Source: Cyanothece sp. BG0011
Lineage (GTDB): Bacteria; Cyanobacteriota; Cyanobacteriia; Cyanobacteriales; Microcystaceae
Reading direction: 5' to 3'
NCBI RefSeq assembly: GCF_003013815.1
Contig: NZ_PRLH01000095.1
Location: 23,943 to 55,942, forward strand
DNA: 32,000 nucleotides
Shown here: positions 10,098 to 19,237 of the stretch, one piece after another
Numbering within the stretch: the first letter of the stretch is position 1
Layout of the letters: each line of letters opens with the position of its first letter
The notes under the pieces: generated by a model
Seen by the model: the letters and a program-made list of their open reading frames with translations, nothing else
Told to the model about the DNA's origin: nothing
Databases searched by the model: none
Program-made: the position numbers and the translations under genes

Positions 10098-10925
10098 ATG
10101 AAGATGAAAATCTTAGTGAGCATACTTCTGTTAACCCTGGTTTTGTTATTCATCAATGGCTCTAAACCTGACCTAACACAGAGATTATTAATCTCACGGG
10201 AATGTATCGGTTGTGATTTAGAAAATGCAGATTTACAACAGTTAGATTTAGAAGGCGTGAACTTAGAAAAAGCGAATTTGAAACACGCTAATCTCCACGA
10301 AACTAACTTAAATAAAGCCAATCTAAAAAATGCGAATCTACAGCAAACAAGGTTAACAGACGCTCAATTAAAACAAGCGAATCTAACCAAAGCTAATTTA
10401 TTTGAAGCTAATCTATCTAACAGTAATTTAGAAGAAGCTATCTTAAAAGAAGCTAATCTCATCAATACTAATCTCAATAAAAGTATTATAAAAAATGCTA
10501 ACTTATACAAAGCTTTACTAACAGGAAGTAAGCTATCTCATGCCAACTTAGAAGGAGCTAACTTAGAAAAAGCTGATTTATCAACCTATAAAGAATTACC
10601 CACTTTATTAAATCATACTAACCTGAAGAAAGCCAACCTCAAACAAAGTGATTTAGAAGGAGCTTGGTTAGTGAAAGCCCAATTAATAGAAGCTAACTTA
10701 CAACAGAGTAATTTGAAATATGCTAACCTAAAAGGAGCCAATTTAGCCGGTTCAAATTTAAAAGAATCAAAGTCAACTTATGCCATTTTAGACCAAGTCA
10801 ATTTCTGTGGTACAATGATGGAAAACGGAGCCATTTCTTTAAAAGGATGTTCAGTTCAGGGAATATATGATTTCTCCCCTATTAATCATCGCAAGCATTA
10901 CTCTCTTAGTCGCCGTTTCAATTAA
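10098..10925 (+). CDS. Pentapeptide-repeat protein with N-terminal hydrophobic signal/anchor
   Basis: MKMKILVSILLLTLVLLFINGS then repeated A(N/D)LXX units (LENADLQQLDLEGVNLEKANLKHANL...). Confidence 0.85.
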   Translation: MKMKILVSILLLTLVLLFINGSKPDLTQRLLISRECIGCDLENADLQQLDLEGVNLEKANLKHANLHETNLNKANLKNANLQQTRLTDAQLKQANLTKANLFEANLSNSNLEEAILKEANLINTNLNKSIIKNANLYKALLTGSKLSHANLEGANLEKADLSTYKELPTLLNHTNLKKANLKQSDLEGAWLVKAQLIEANLQQSNLKYANLKGANLAGSNLKESKSTYAILDQVNFCGTMMENGAISLKGCSVQGIYDFSPINHRKHYSLSRRFN

Positions 10926-11340
10926 CACAATTTTTAAAGGTGATTATGGTTGGTTTAACCGTCTTCGTCGTCCCCAATGGTTAACCTTTGAATGGGCAAT
11001 TCCTTTCATTTGGATATTCGTATTTATTTGTGGGGTTTATTCAGCTTATCAACTTTGGATAAAACAACCAGGAAAAACTGAAACCTGGTTATTAATGGCA
11101 GGGTATTTATTATTAGAAATATTGATCATGGCCTATACCCCTGTTATGTGTAAACTGCGGAGCTTACAAGTAGGAACAATTATCGGTGCAACCGGTTTCT
11201 TTTGGGGGTTAATTCTCGCTGTTTTAGTCTGGCCAATCTCACAAGAATCAGTCTTTTTATTATTACCTTACTTATTATGGAGTCCCATAGGAACTTATGT
11301 TACCTGGGATATGATTTCACTCAATCCTTTAGATAAATAA
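10867..11340 (+). CDS. TspO/MBR family tryptophan-rich sensory protein
   Basis: 157 aa, five hydrophobic segments, WFNRLRRPQWLTFEWAIPFIWIFVFICGVYSAYQLW, LLLPYLLWSPIGTYVTWDM. ATG at 10867 overlaps the upstream ORF by 59 nt. Confidence 0.85.
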   Translation: MISPLLIIASITLLVAVSINTIFKGDYGWFNRLRRPQWLTFEWAIPFIWIFVFICGVYSAYQLWIKQPGKTETWLLMAGYLLLEILIMAYTPVMCKLRSLQVGTIIGATGFFWGLILAVLVWPISQESVFLLLPYLLWSPIGTYVTWDMISLNPLDK

Positions 11341-11540
11341 TTAAGAATTAAAAAACTAAGAATTAAGAATTAAAAATTGAGAATTTCCCACTTCTTATAT
11401 AGTCTCATTGGCGGTTCTTTTTGTGTTAAAATAAGAAAGAATAACTTATTTAAAACCATTGACATTAATATTAAGCTTTTTTGTCAATTTTTAAGGCAAT
11501 TGTCCTTTAAACTGTCCCTGTTAACGGAGTTAAGAGACTT

Positions 11541-14129
11541 ATGACCATCCCTCAAGATAGAATTATCCCCACAGACTTGAGTAATGAAATGTCCCGTTCA
11601 TATTTAGAATACGCCATGAGCGTTATTGTGGGACGAGCATTACCCGATGCTAGGGATGGTTTAAAACCTGTGCATCGTCGCATTCTCTACGCCATGTATG
11701 AACTGGGTTTAACTCCCGATCGCCCCTTTAGAAAATGCGCCCGTGTCGTCGGGGAAGTGTTAGGTAAATATCACCCCCACGGCGACACAGCCGTATACGA
11801 TGCCCTAGTTCGGATGGCCCAAGACTTTTCCATGCGGAGTCCTCTGATCGAAGGCCACGGAAACTTTGGATCGGTAGATAACGATCCCCCGGCAGCCATG
11901 CGTTACACGGAATGTCGTCTGCAAGCATTATCAACCAACGCCCTACTCAGAGACATCGAAGCCGACACCGTTGACTTCGCTGATAACTTCGACGGGTCCC
12001 AACAAGAACCCATTGTCTTACCGGCCAGAGTCCCTCAGTTACTCCTCAACGGTTCCTCTGGTATCGCCGTCGGTATGGCCACCAATATTCCTCCCCATAA
12101 CCTCGGAGAATTAATAGACGGAACCATTGCCCTCATTCATAACCCAGAGTTAAGCGAAAAAGAACTCATTAAGATTATCCCCGGGCCAGACTTTCCCACC
12201 GGCGGACAAATCTTAGGGCGATCCGGTATCCACGACGCATACATGACCGGACGGGGTTCGATTACCATGCGCGGTGTGGCCCAAATCGAAACCATCGAAC
12301 AACGGGGCCGGCCCGATCGCGAAGCCATCATTATCACTCAACTTCCCTATCAAACCAACAAAGCAGCCTTAATTGAACGCATCGCCGACTTAGTGAACGA
12401 AAAACGCATTGATGGCATTTCTGACATCAGAGACGAAAGCGATCGCGACGGAATGCGAGTGGTAATAGAACTCAAACGAGACGCTTACCCCAGAGTCGTC
12501 CTCAACAATATCTATAAACAAACCCCCGTACAAGGCAACTTCGGGGCCAATATGTTAGCCCTCGTCAACGGAGAACCCCAACTCCTAACCATAAAAGAGT
12601 TCTTACAGGTTTTCCTTGACTTTAGAGTTGAAACCATCACCCGTCGTACTCAATACGAACTCCGCAAAGCAGAAGAAAGAGATCACCTCTTACAAGGGTT
12701 ACTCATCGCCCTCGATAACCTCGATGCCGTCATTCAACTTATTCGCAGGGCAGCCGATAGCAGCAGCGCAAAAGAAGAATTAGTCCAAGAGTTTGGCCTC
12801 TCCCCAGTTCAAGCAGACGCTATTCTACAAATGCAACTCCGTCGCTTAACCGCCCTAGAAGCAGAGAAAATACACGCCGAACACGAAGAATTACAGCTAA
12901 AAATTGCCGATTTACAAGACATTTTAGCCAGACGGGAACGCATCGAAGCCATTATTGAAGAAGAATTAAGCCAGATCAAGAGCATTCATGCCACCCCTCG
13001 ACGCACCGAAATTGTTCACGATGACGGAGAAATTGTTGATACTGACCTCATTGCCAACGAACAAGCCATTATCCTCCTCACCGAACAAGGTTACATCAAA
13101 CGGATGCCCGTGAGTACCTTTGAGGCACAACAACGGGCCACCAGAGGAAAAGCAGCCGCCAAAATTAAAGACGACGATGTGGTTGAACACTTTTTAACCT
13201 GTTGCGACCACGATCAAGTTCTCTTTTTCAGCGATCGCGGGGTTGTCTATGCCGTGAATGCTTATCAGATCCCATCCTCCTCCAGAACCGCCAGAGGCAT
13301 TCCCATCGTTCAAATGTTACCCATCCCCAAGGATGAGAAAATAACCTCCATCGTCGCCGTTAGTGAGTTCACAGAAGACGTTTTTCTCGTGATGTTAACT
13401 CATAAAGGTTACATCAAAAAAACCGCCCTTTCCGCCTTTAGTAATATTCGGACCAATGGGTTAATTGCCATTTCCCTCGGTGAAGGGGACCAACTGCGAT
13501 GGGTAAGACTCACCAGAGAAGAAGATAGTATTATCCTCGGAACCCGTAAAGGGATGGCGATCCATTTCCACGCCGATCACCAACAACTGCGACCCCTGGG
13601 ACGGGCAACTAGAGGCGTAAAAGCCATGAAATTGAAGAAAGGGGACGAATTAATTAGTATGGATGTGTTGCCGGCACAAGTCACCGCAGGGATAGGGGAT
13701 GCAGCCGAAGACGAAGACGTTTTAGAGAATGAAACTGAAGAGTTAAGCGAAGAAGAAACCACCGGTGGCCCTTGGATCTTAGCTATTACTAATGGGGGTT
13801 ATGGTAAACGGGTTCCTATTTCCCAGTTTCGTCTGCAACGACGGGCCGGAATGGGGGTTCGGGCGATCAAGTTTAAGTCAAAAACCGATTGTTTAGCCTC
13901 CCTTCATGTGGTCAATGCAGAGGATGAATTAATGATTGTGTCTAACCGAGGGATTATTATTCGTCAAGCTGTCGATGCTATTTCTATGCAGTCTCGCGCT
14001 GCTACCGGGGTTCGAGTACAACGGTTAGATAGTGATGATGCGATCGCAGCCGTTGCATTAGTTCCCCCGGCACCTGAAACCGACGAAGAAGAGGGGGAAG
14101 CAGAAGCAGTCGAAGTGGTTAGTGAGTAA
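11541..14129 (+). CDS. gyrA: DNA gyrase subunit A
   Basis: 862 aa; [56 protein letters not shown], GyrA-box-like QRRAGMGVR, acidic C-terminus. Confidence 0.97.
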   Translation: MTIPQDRIIPTDLSNEMSRSYLEYAMSVIVGRALPDARDGLKPVHRRILYAMYELGLTPDRPFRKCARVVGEVLGKYHPHGDTAVYDALVRMAQDFSMRSPLIEGHGNFGSVDNDPPAAMRYTECRLQALSTNALLRDIEADTVDFADNFDGSQQEPIVLPARVPQLLLNGSSGIAVGMATNIPPHNLGELIDGTIALIHNPELSEKELIKIIPGPDFPTGGQILGRSGIHDAYMTGRGSITMRGVAQIETIEQRGRPDREAIIITQLPYQTNKAALIERIADLVNEKRIDGISDIRDESDRDGMRVVIELKRDAYPRVVLNNIYKQTPVQGNFGANMLALVNGEPQLLTIKEFLQVFLDFRVETITRRTQYELRKAEERDHLLQGLLIALDNLDAVIQLIRRAADSSSAKEELVQEFGLSPVQADAILQMQLRRLTALEAEKIHAEHEELQLKIADLQDILARRERIEAIIEEELSQIKSIHATPRRTEIVHDDGEIVDTDLIANEQAIILLTEQGYIKRMPVSTFEAQQRATRGKAAAKIKDDDVVEHFLTCCDHDQVLFFSDRGVVYAVNAYQIPSSSRTARGIPIVQMLPIPKDEKITSIVAVSEFTEDVFLVMLTHKGYIKKTALSAFSNIRTNGLIAISLGEGDQLRWVRLTREEDSIILGTRKGMAIHFHADHQQLRPLGRATRGVKAMKLKKGDELISMDVLPAQVTAGIGDAAEDEDVLENETEELSEEETTGGPWILAITNGGYGKRVPISQFRLQRRAGMGVRAIKFKSKTDCLASLHVVNAEDELMIVSNRGIIIRQAVDAISMQSRAATGVRVQRLDSDDAIAAVALVPPAPETDEEEGEAEAVEVVSE

Positions 14130-14229
14130 ACAATAATCTGCTGTAGGGTGGGTTAGGTGTGGGCTTTATTTTTTAATTAATAACTAATTATAGTGCTACG
14201 CACTGGGGAATAGGGAATGGGCAAGGGTT

Positions 14230-14251
14230 CTCCCCCTCACAAAAGGGGGAG
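14230..14251. repeat. GC-rich short hairpin CTCCCCCT-N6-AGGGGGAG
   Basis: Perfect 8-bp inverted arms 14230-14237 and 14244-14251 in the gyrA downstream intergenic region. Confidence 0.6.
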
Positions 14252-14428
14252 TTAGAGGGGGTGGCAATGGTAAGCTGTAAAAGGGTTTCAGAGTTGGGAA
14301 ATGTCCTAAACTTAATGCGTAGGGCTATAGTTTTTATACACACCGCAACCCACCACTTCAATTTTGCAAGATCACGTATTGCCGATTGCTCAACCATATT
14401 GAGCATATCGTTCAATCAGTATTTTAAG

Positions 14429-15241
14429 CTAACTATCTGTTTTGAGAAAAATTGAGATAGATCCTGGAGATGGAGTATAAACTGTTTGTAGTTTGAAATG
14501 ACGTTCAGGATAGGTTCGTGCTAATATAGTTTGCAGGGCATTTGCTACATCTCCCTCATTTTGAGGATAATATCGAATCTGATCAGAAGATGCTCTATCA
14601 CGCTGTGGTTTAACTTCAATGACTGATGTAACACTACTCTCCCTTAACGCCTCTTTAATCTCAAAAGCGATTGTTTTTTGTTCAGTCCTTTCCCCATTAT
14701 AGAAAATTTGGATTTTATATTCACTCACCATATTGGCTTGTGGATATAGGTTTCGTATATTTTGTATAGCTGTTTCTATTTCTGATTTAACTTCTGGTTG
14801 AACCTTATTCTTCGCCCAAATAAGAATCATGATAGGTTCATCTACATGAGGAGACATCATCTCCAAGAAAGAGACAGCGTTTTTTTGTTTCTGTATATCC
14901 TGACTGGTAATCTCTTGATAGAACAGTTCAACATATTTAGTTTGTAAATTTTCTCTTCGTTGAACTCTTGCTAACTCCAATTGAGCATCAGTCAGTTTAT
15001 TTTGGGCTGTCGAAACTTGGTAACCAGCCAAACCGGTGATACCAGACAGAAGTAACAACAAAAGAGGAATAACTAGCTTCTCTGAAAATTCTAAAATTTT
15101 AGTGGTTAATGATTTCTCTTTAGAGACAAGCGCAAGTATTGTGTCAAGCTTTTTATCAGATTCGATCTGTTGTTTTTTGTCTACTCCATTAAATTGTCTA
15201 ACCATTACCGACCCCTCCTTTATCGATTCGTTAATCGACAA
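14429..15241 (-). CDS. Uncharacterised membrane-anchored protein (single TM helix, heptad-like linker, C-terminal alpha/beta domain)
   Basis: 270 aa; TM segment LVIPLLLLLLSGITGLAGY; C-terminal YKIQIFYNGERTEQKTIAFEIKEAL...DQIRYYPQNEGDVANALQTIL...SISIFLK. Confidence 0.7.
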   Translation of the reverse strand: MSINESIKEGSVMVRQFNGVDKKQQIESDKKLDTILALVSKEKSLTTKILEFSEKLVIPLLLLLLSGITGLAGYQVSTAQNKLTDAQLELARVQRRENLQTKYVELFYQEITSQDIQKQKNAVSFLEMMSPHVDEPIMILIWAKNKVQPEVKSEIETAIQNIRNLYPQANMVSEYKIQIFYNGERTEQKTIAFEIKEALRESSVTSVIEVKPQRDRASSDQIRYYPQNEGDVANALQTILARTYPERHFKLQTVYTPSPGSISIFLKTDS

Positions 15242-15434
15242 ACTTAAACCAAAAGACCTCGATTTACACTTTGATTCTAGCTCTTTTGAATCAAGAATAA
15301 ATTAATTTTTTGTTCAATTATTGCTTATCTTATAATAAGAATTGTTAAAAAAATCAACAATAATAAAAAACTAAACAGTTACTTATTTTCAGCGTCCTAA
15401 CGATCTTTTTCCTTAAATTACCCTCTGACTTCAT

Positions 15435-16427
15435 TCAACGATGAACTTTCCCATCTGGCATCGTTGCACCCCGTAAAATAACACCCGCCAAGTTAGCACT
15501 CATTAACTCTGCCCTGGTTAAATTAGCATTACTCATATTAGCCCCCATGAGATTTGCCCGTGCAAAAAATGCCTCTACTAAGTCAGCATCCGTTAAATTC
15601 GCCCCTGATAAATTTGCCCGACTTAAATCAGCGTGGTTCATCCGTGTTAACGTTAAATTGGCTTGATGAAGATTAGCACGGTTGAACACAGCGTGCGTCA
15701 TGATTGCCCCTCTAGCCATGACATCACTCAACTCCGCTTGAGATAATTGCGCCCTAACTAGATTCGTGTTGGTAAGATTTGCCCCGTTTAACTTTGCCCC
15801 GGTTAGGTTAGTATCTGTCAGTAACGCCCCTTTGAGGTTAGCATTAGTTAAGTCTGCTTTGCGTAAATCAGCATCCCTCAAATTCACTTCTTTGAGATTG
15901 GCCCCCACTAAATTAGCCCGACTCAAATCAACCCCCTTCATATTAGCCCCTTGTAAGTCTGCCCTAGCTAAATTAGCAGCTTGGAGGTTAGTATAGTAAC
16001 TCTTCTTTTCTTGGCGCATATTTGCCCCTCTCAGACAAGCACCGGTAAGGGTTGCCCCACTTAAATCTGCTCCTCGTAGATCAGCCGCGATTAAGTTGGC
16101 ATCGAGAAAAGTCGCTAAGGTAATATCCGTATCCCTTAAATTCGCTCCTTGTAGTAACGTTCCATGAAGGGTAGCATTACGTAAATCTGCCCCACTGAGG
16201 TCCGCTTGAGAGAAATTAGCCCCACTTAAATTCGCTCCCACCAGATTCGCCTGGGTTAAATTAGCGCGGTTAAAATAGGAGAACAAAAGATTAGCCCCAT
16301 GTAAGTCTGCTTCATTAAGGGTAATGCCGATTAAATCTGCCCCTAACAAGTTAATTCCTGGCAGTTTTAAGCCATTAAATAAGGTTTCTCCGGCAGAATA
16401 ACGCTCAATTAGTTCACTGGGTTTCAT
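15435..16427 (-). CDS. Pentapeptide-repeat protein
   Basis: 330 aa nearly entirely A(D/N)LXX repeats (LSGADLRNATLHGTLLQGANLRDTD...). Confidence 0.88.
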   Translation of the reverse strand: MKPSELIERYSAGETLFNGLKLPGINLLGADLIGITLNEADLHGANLLFSYFNRANLTQANLVGANLSGANFSQADLSGADLRNATLHGTLLQGANLRDTDITLATFLDANLIAADLRGADLSGATLTGACLRGANMRQEKKSYYTNLQAANLARADLQGANMKGVDLSRANLVGANLKEVNLRDADLRKADLTNANLKGALLTDTNLTGAKLNGANLTNTNLVRAQLSQAELSDVMARGAIMTHAVFNRANLHQANLTLTRMNHADLSRANLSGANLTDADLVEAFFARANLMGANMSNANLTRAELMSANLAGVILRGATMPDGKVHR

Positions 16428-16448
16428 AGAGGCGAAATGGCAACAATA

Positions 16449-17594
16449 TTATACAAAAGGTTTTATGGCTTCAACGACGGTACTGGCAGTTTGCAGATGA
16501 GAATCGGGATCATTAAGAGATTTGGCCATGTTGTAGAGTTTTCCTTCAATCTCGGTAATCGAACGACCACTCTGAAGAATCTGCTCTAGAAGATCATCGA
16601 GGGTATAACTTCTCAAGGTTGACCAATCTTGTCCACTACGATCCCAAGGATGAAAGAGTAGGGAGAATAGCAATATTTTAGCGCGTAATGGATTGGTATA
16701 TTGCATAATTTCTAAGCGAATCTCAAAAATATCATACTTAGGTTTAGCAGGAGAGGGCGCTGGAGTGGCTTGTACCTGTTTTAACTCAGTTACCATCTGT
16801 TCTGAGGTGATATCAATCACAGAGGTTTCAAAGGCTGAAGCCGGAGAGGGTTGCATATTTTGATAGTTGTCACTACTATTAATGGAAATAATTTGGGTAC
16901 TGTAGCTATTAGAACTGTCAGAAGAGAGCATATCTTCTTGTTGTAAATTATCGTATAAGCCACCCATTTGATTGAGAATCACTTTAGCAATGGCAAGATA
17001 TAAATTCTTTTTATTAATATTGTTAACTAATTGGATAAAGGCTTGTTTAAGGGCATTATAATCTGGATAAATTTCTAGGGTTTCCATGATTAAGTTGTTT
17101 AACCCATAATTTTTAATTCGGTTTAAATCATTTTCCCAACTGTTTTTAGTAATAGCATAAATTAATTTATGAATTCTAGCGGTTTCAGGATGATTGGATA
17201 AATTTCTCACTGCTTGTTCTATGAGAACACTACTATCAGAAACCTGAGTTTCTTTCGGATTAGTTGGCACTTCGATGACTTCGGTTTCTCGATGGAGTTC
17301 CCGATAAATCGGTCCTAGTTGTTCAACGATCGCTTTAGCCACACCAGCATACACTTTAGGACGGTTTAGAGTTTTGACTAATCTATATAAGGAAAGGGTC
17401 AGTTGTTCAAGGGTTTCTTGTTGCGTAATCAGTTCTTTAACTAAACTTTCCATCGACAAGCGATTGAGAACATTGAGATCGTTTTGCCAGGTTTTTTGAC
17501 AAATACAAAAGATTAATTTTTTGACTCTGATAGATTCGGGATGGTGTTCAAGATAGTGAACCGCTTGGTAAAATAAATCAGATGATAATTGCAT
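16449..17594 (-). CDS. Uncharacterised protein with three copies of an approx. 90-aa helical domain
   Basis: 381 aa; units at N-terminus (AVHYLEHHPESIRVKKLIFCICQKTWQNDLN), middle (AVRNLSNHPETARIHKLIYAITKNSWENDLN) and C-terminus (LEIMQYTNPLRAKILLFSLLFHPWDRSG). Confidence 0.7.
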   Translation of the reverse strand: MQLSSDLFYQAVHYLEHHPESIRVKKLIFCICQKTWQNDLNVLNRLSMESLVKELITQQETLEQLTLSLYRLVKTLNRPKVYAGVAKAIVEQLGPIYRELHRETEVIEVPTNPKETQVSDSSVLIEQAVRNLSNHPETARIHKLIYAITKNSWENDLNRIKNYGLNNLIMETLEIYPDYNALKQAFIQLVNNINKKNLYLAIAKVILNQMGGLYDNLQQEDMLSSDSSNSYSTQIISINSSDNYQNMQPSPASAFETSVIDITSEQMVTELKQVQATPAPSPAKPKYDIFEIRLEIMQYTNPLRAKILLFSLLFHPWDRSGQDWSTLRSYTLDDLLEQILQSGRSITEIEGKLYNMAKSLNDPDSHLQTASTVVEAIKPFV

Positions 17595-17980
17595 AATTAC
17601 CCCTTAAATAGAAAAAAATACTGATGTTAAGTTGTCAGTGGATAGGTTAAAGTTTATCTTTATCTCAAACAAAAATAATTGACACTTCATTGTCTATAAT
17701 ACTGTCTATCCTTAAGTTAGAAAACAAACCATAGGCAATAGTTACACTCTATCGCTTAACTCAGAATCAGTAGAACCCAACGTTGCTTGTTTGGGCTACC
17801 AGAAAGGGGGGATCGAGGCGTAAAGTATACTATTTTAAAATTTTTTAGAAGAAATAACAACTTAAAACCTTATTTAAGCCTTAATTTCTTATTGATACTT
17901 CTTCATTTATCATTTATCTACTATTTTCTTTTTCCTATGCCCCGATTTCTCCCCCTACCCAGTGCGCCGCGATCGACTGA

Positions 17981-18008
17981 GGTTATCATTCGGTTATGTT
18001 TGGGTTAT
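17981..18008. promoter_or_regulatory. Pho-box-like array (SphR/PhoB-type): three direct repeats GGTTAT with 11-nt period
   Basis: GGTTAT at 17981-17986, 17992-17997 and 18003-18008; reverse strand reads CATAACCC / CATAACCG / GATAACCT, similar to the cyanobacterial Pho-box 8-mer (Y)TTAACC(T) with 3-nt spacing. Confidence 0.6.
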
Positions 18009-18016
18009 GCTATAGT
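18008..18016 (+). promoter_or_regulatory. Putative extended -10 element TGC-TATAGT for the arsR-pst operon
   Basis: TGCTATAGT directly after the third GGTTAT repeat, about 55 nt upstream of the arsR ATG. Confidence 0.5.
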
Positions 18017-18036
18017 AACCAAGACTTGAAAAATAT

Positions 18037-18046
18037 TTCATATGAA
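18037..18046. promoter_or_regulatory. Candidate ArsR-type operator palindrome TTCATATGAA
   Basis: Perfect 10-bp palindrome in AT-rich context AAAAATATTTCATATGAATAGATT between the -10 and the arsR start. Confidence 0.4.
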
Positions 18047-18069
18047 TAGATTTTGAAAATTTACCAACC

Positions 18070-18363
18070 ATGATGAATGAATCAAAAAGTTGCGCCGATA
18101 AACTCAAAATATTAGCAGATACCACTCGGTTATCTGTTCTGAGAATTCTGATGGAAGGGTCTAAGCACGTGGGCGAAATTAATGATGTTTTAGGATTAGA
18201 ACAGAGTTTACTGTCCCATCATTTAAAAATTTTACGCCAAGCAGGGTTGGTTACAACAACCAGAGATGGTAAATCCGTTCTTTATCATTTTGTGCCAACA
18301 ATTCGACAAAAGGGAGTAACTAACGTCATTGATTTAGGCTGCTGTCTTCTCTCCTTTGAATAA
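18070..18363 (+). CDS. ArsR/SmtB-family winged-helix transcriptional regulator
   Basis: 97 aa; KLKILADTTRLSVLRILMEGSKHVGEINDVLGLEQSLLSHHLKILRQAGLVTTTRDGKSVLYHF; cysteines at positions 8, 91 and 92. Confidence 0.93.
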   Translation: MMNESKSCADKLKILADTTRLSVLRILMEGSKHVGEINDVLGLEQSLLSHHLKILRQAGLVTTTRDGKSVLYHFVPTIRQKGVTNVIDLGCCLLSFE

Positions 18364-18382
18364 GAATCAGAAAAATAATAGA

Positions 18383-19237
18383 ATGAAAAAAATCAAAAAA
18401 ATTCCCTTACTTGGACTGATTTTAACTCTGAGTTTAGGGATACAAAATTGTAGCCAATCTTCCCCAAAAACTAGCCAAACCAGCAATGAATTACAGGGAA
18501 AATTAATCTTAACTGGTTCGAGTACCGTCGCCCCTTTAGCCGCAGAAATAGGAAAACGATTTGAATCAGAGCATCCTGATGTACGAGTGGACGTACAAAC
18601 AGGGGGATCATCCCGTGGCATTGCCGATGCACGCACAGGGGTCGCAAATATTGGCATGGTATCCCGTCGCCTCAAAGAACAAGAAAAAGACCTACAATCA
18701 TTTGCGATCGCTCGTGATGGCATTGGTATTATTGTTAATCAAGATAATTCCGTCAACAGCTTATCCAATCAACAGATTATCGACATTTACACAGGAAAAC
18801 TGAATAATTGGCAACCCATTAATGGCAAAGATGCACCGATTACAGTGGTTAATAAAGCAGAAGGACGATCTACCTTAGAACTATTTCTAGAATACTTTCA
18901 ACTTGATAATAAAGACATTAACCCATCGGTGGTCATCGGCGATAATCAACAGGGGATTAAAACAGTAGCCGGCAACCCAAACGCCATGGGTTATGTCTCC
19001 ATTGGGACGGCTGAATATAGTATCAATAATGGGGTTCCCATCAAATTATTACCCCTTAATGGGGTGGCAGCCACCACAGAGAATATACAAAATGAAACCT
19101 TTCCTTTATCTCGTCCTTTAAACCTAGTCACCACAACCCAACCGAAAAGATTAGATCAAGCATTTATCGAGTTTGCCCAATCATCTCAAGTTCATGATAT
19201 TGTTCAACAACAAGATTTTGTCCCCGTCTCAAAATGA
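18383..19237 (+). CDS. pstS: Phosphate ABC transporter substrate-binding protein, PstS family
   Basis: N-terminal signal, GSSTVAPLAAEIGKRFE, VDVQTGGSSRGIADARTGVANIGMVSR, ITVVNKAEGRSTLELF, GNPNAMGYVSIG. ATG at 18383 preferred over the track's TTG at 18356. Confidence 0.9.
   Translation: MKKIKKIPLLGLILTLSLGIQNCSQSSPKTSQTSNELQGKLILTGSSTVAPLAAEIGKRFESEHPDVRVDVQTGGSSRGIADARTGVANIGMVSRRLKEQEKDLQSFAIARDGIGIIVNQDNSVNSLSNQQIIDIYTGKLNNWQPINGKDAPITVVNKAEGRSTLELFLEYFQLDNKDINPSVVIGDNQQGIKTVAGNPNAMGYVSIGTAEYSINNGVPIKLLPLNGVAATTENIQNETFPLSRPLNLVTTTQPKRLDQAFIEFAQSSQVHDIVQQQDFVPVSK

Noticed and set aside
10001-10321. Minus-strand 106-aa ORF overlapping the pentapeptide-repeat gene
   Set aside because: Its FSKFTPSKSNCCKSAFSKS-type repetition is the reverse-strand image of the pentapeptide repeats.
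11341-11400. AAGAATTAA-like repeats before gyrA as a possible CRISPR or iteron array
   Set aside because: Repeats are short, irregular and AT-rich with no spacers; consistent with ordinary intergenic low complexity.
11788-11820. GyrA Thr at the quinolone-region Ser83 equivalent (GDTAVYD) as a resistance mutation
   Set aside because: Thr at this site is natural in many bacteria and cannot be called resistance from sequence alone.
11728-13762. Minus-strand ORFs inside gyrA
   Set aside because: Shadow ORFs of a strongly conserved gyrA.
14188-14455. Overlapping small ORFs downstream of gyrA (14188..14415 -, 14261..14455 +) as a possible transposase remnant
   Set aside because: Hairpin and odd composition suggest a decayed repeat, but I cannot recognise a transposase motif or terminal inverted repeats, so I do not call a mobile element.
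17787-18029. 80-aa ORF on the plus strand with a hydrophobic stretch
   Set aside because: Its 3' end runs through the Pho-box-like array and promoter of arsR-pst; the translation looks like AT-rich intergenic DNA.
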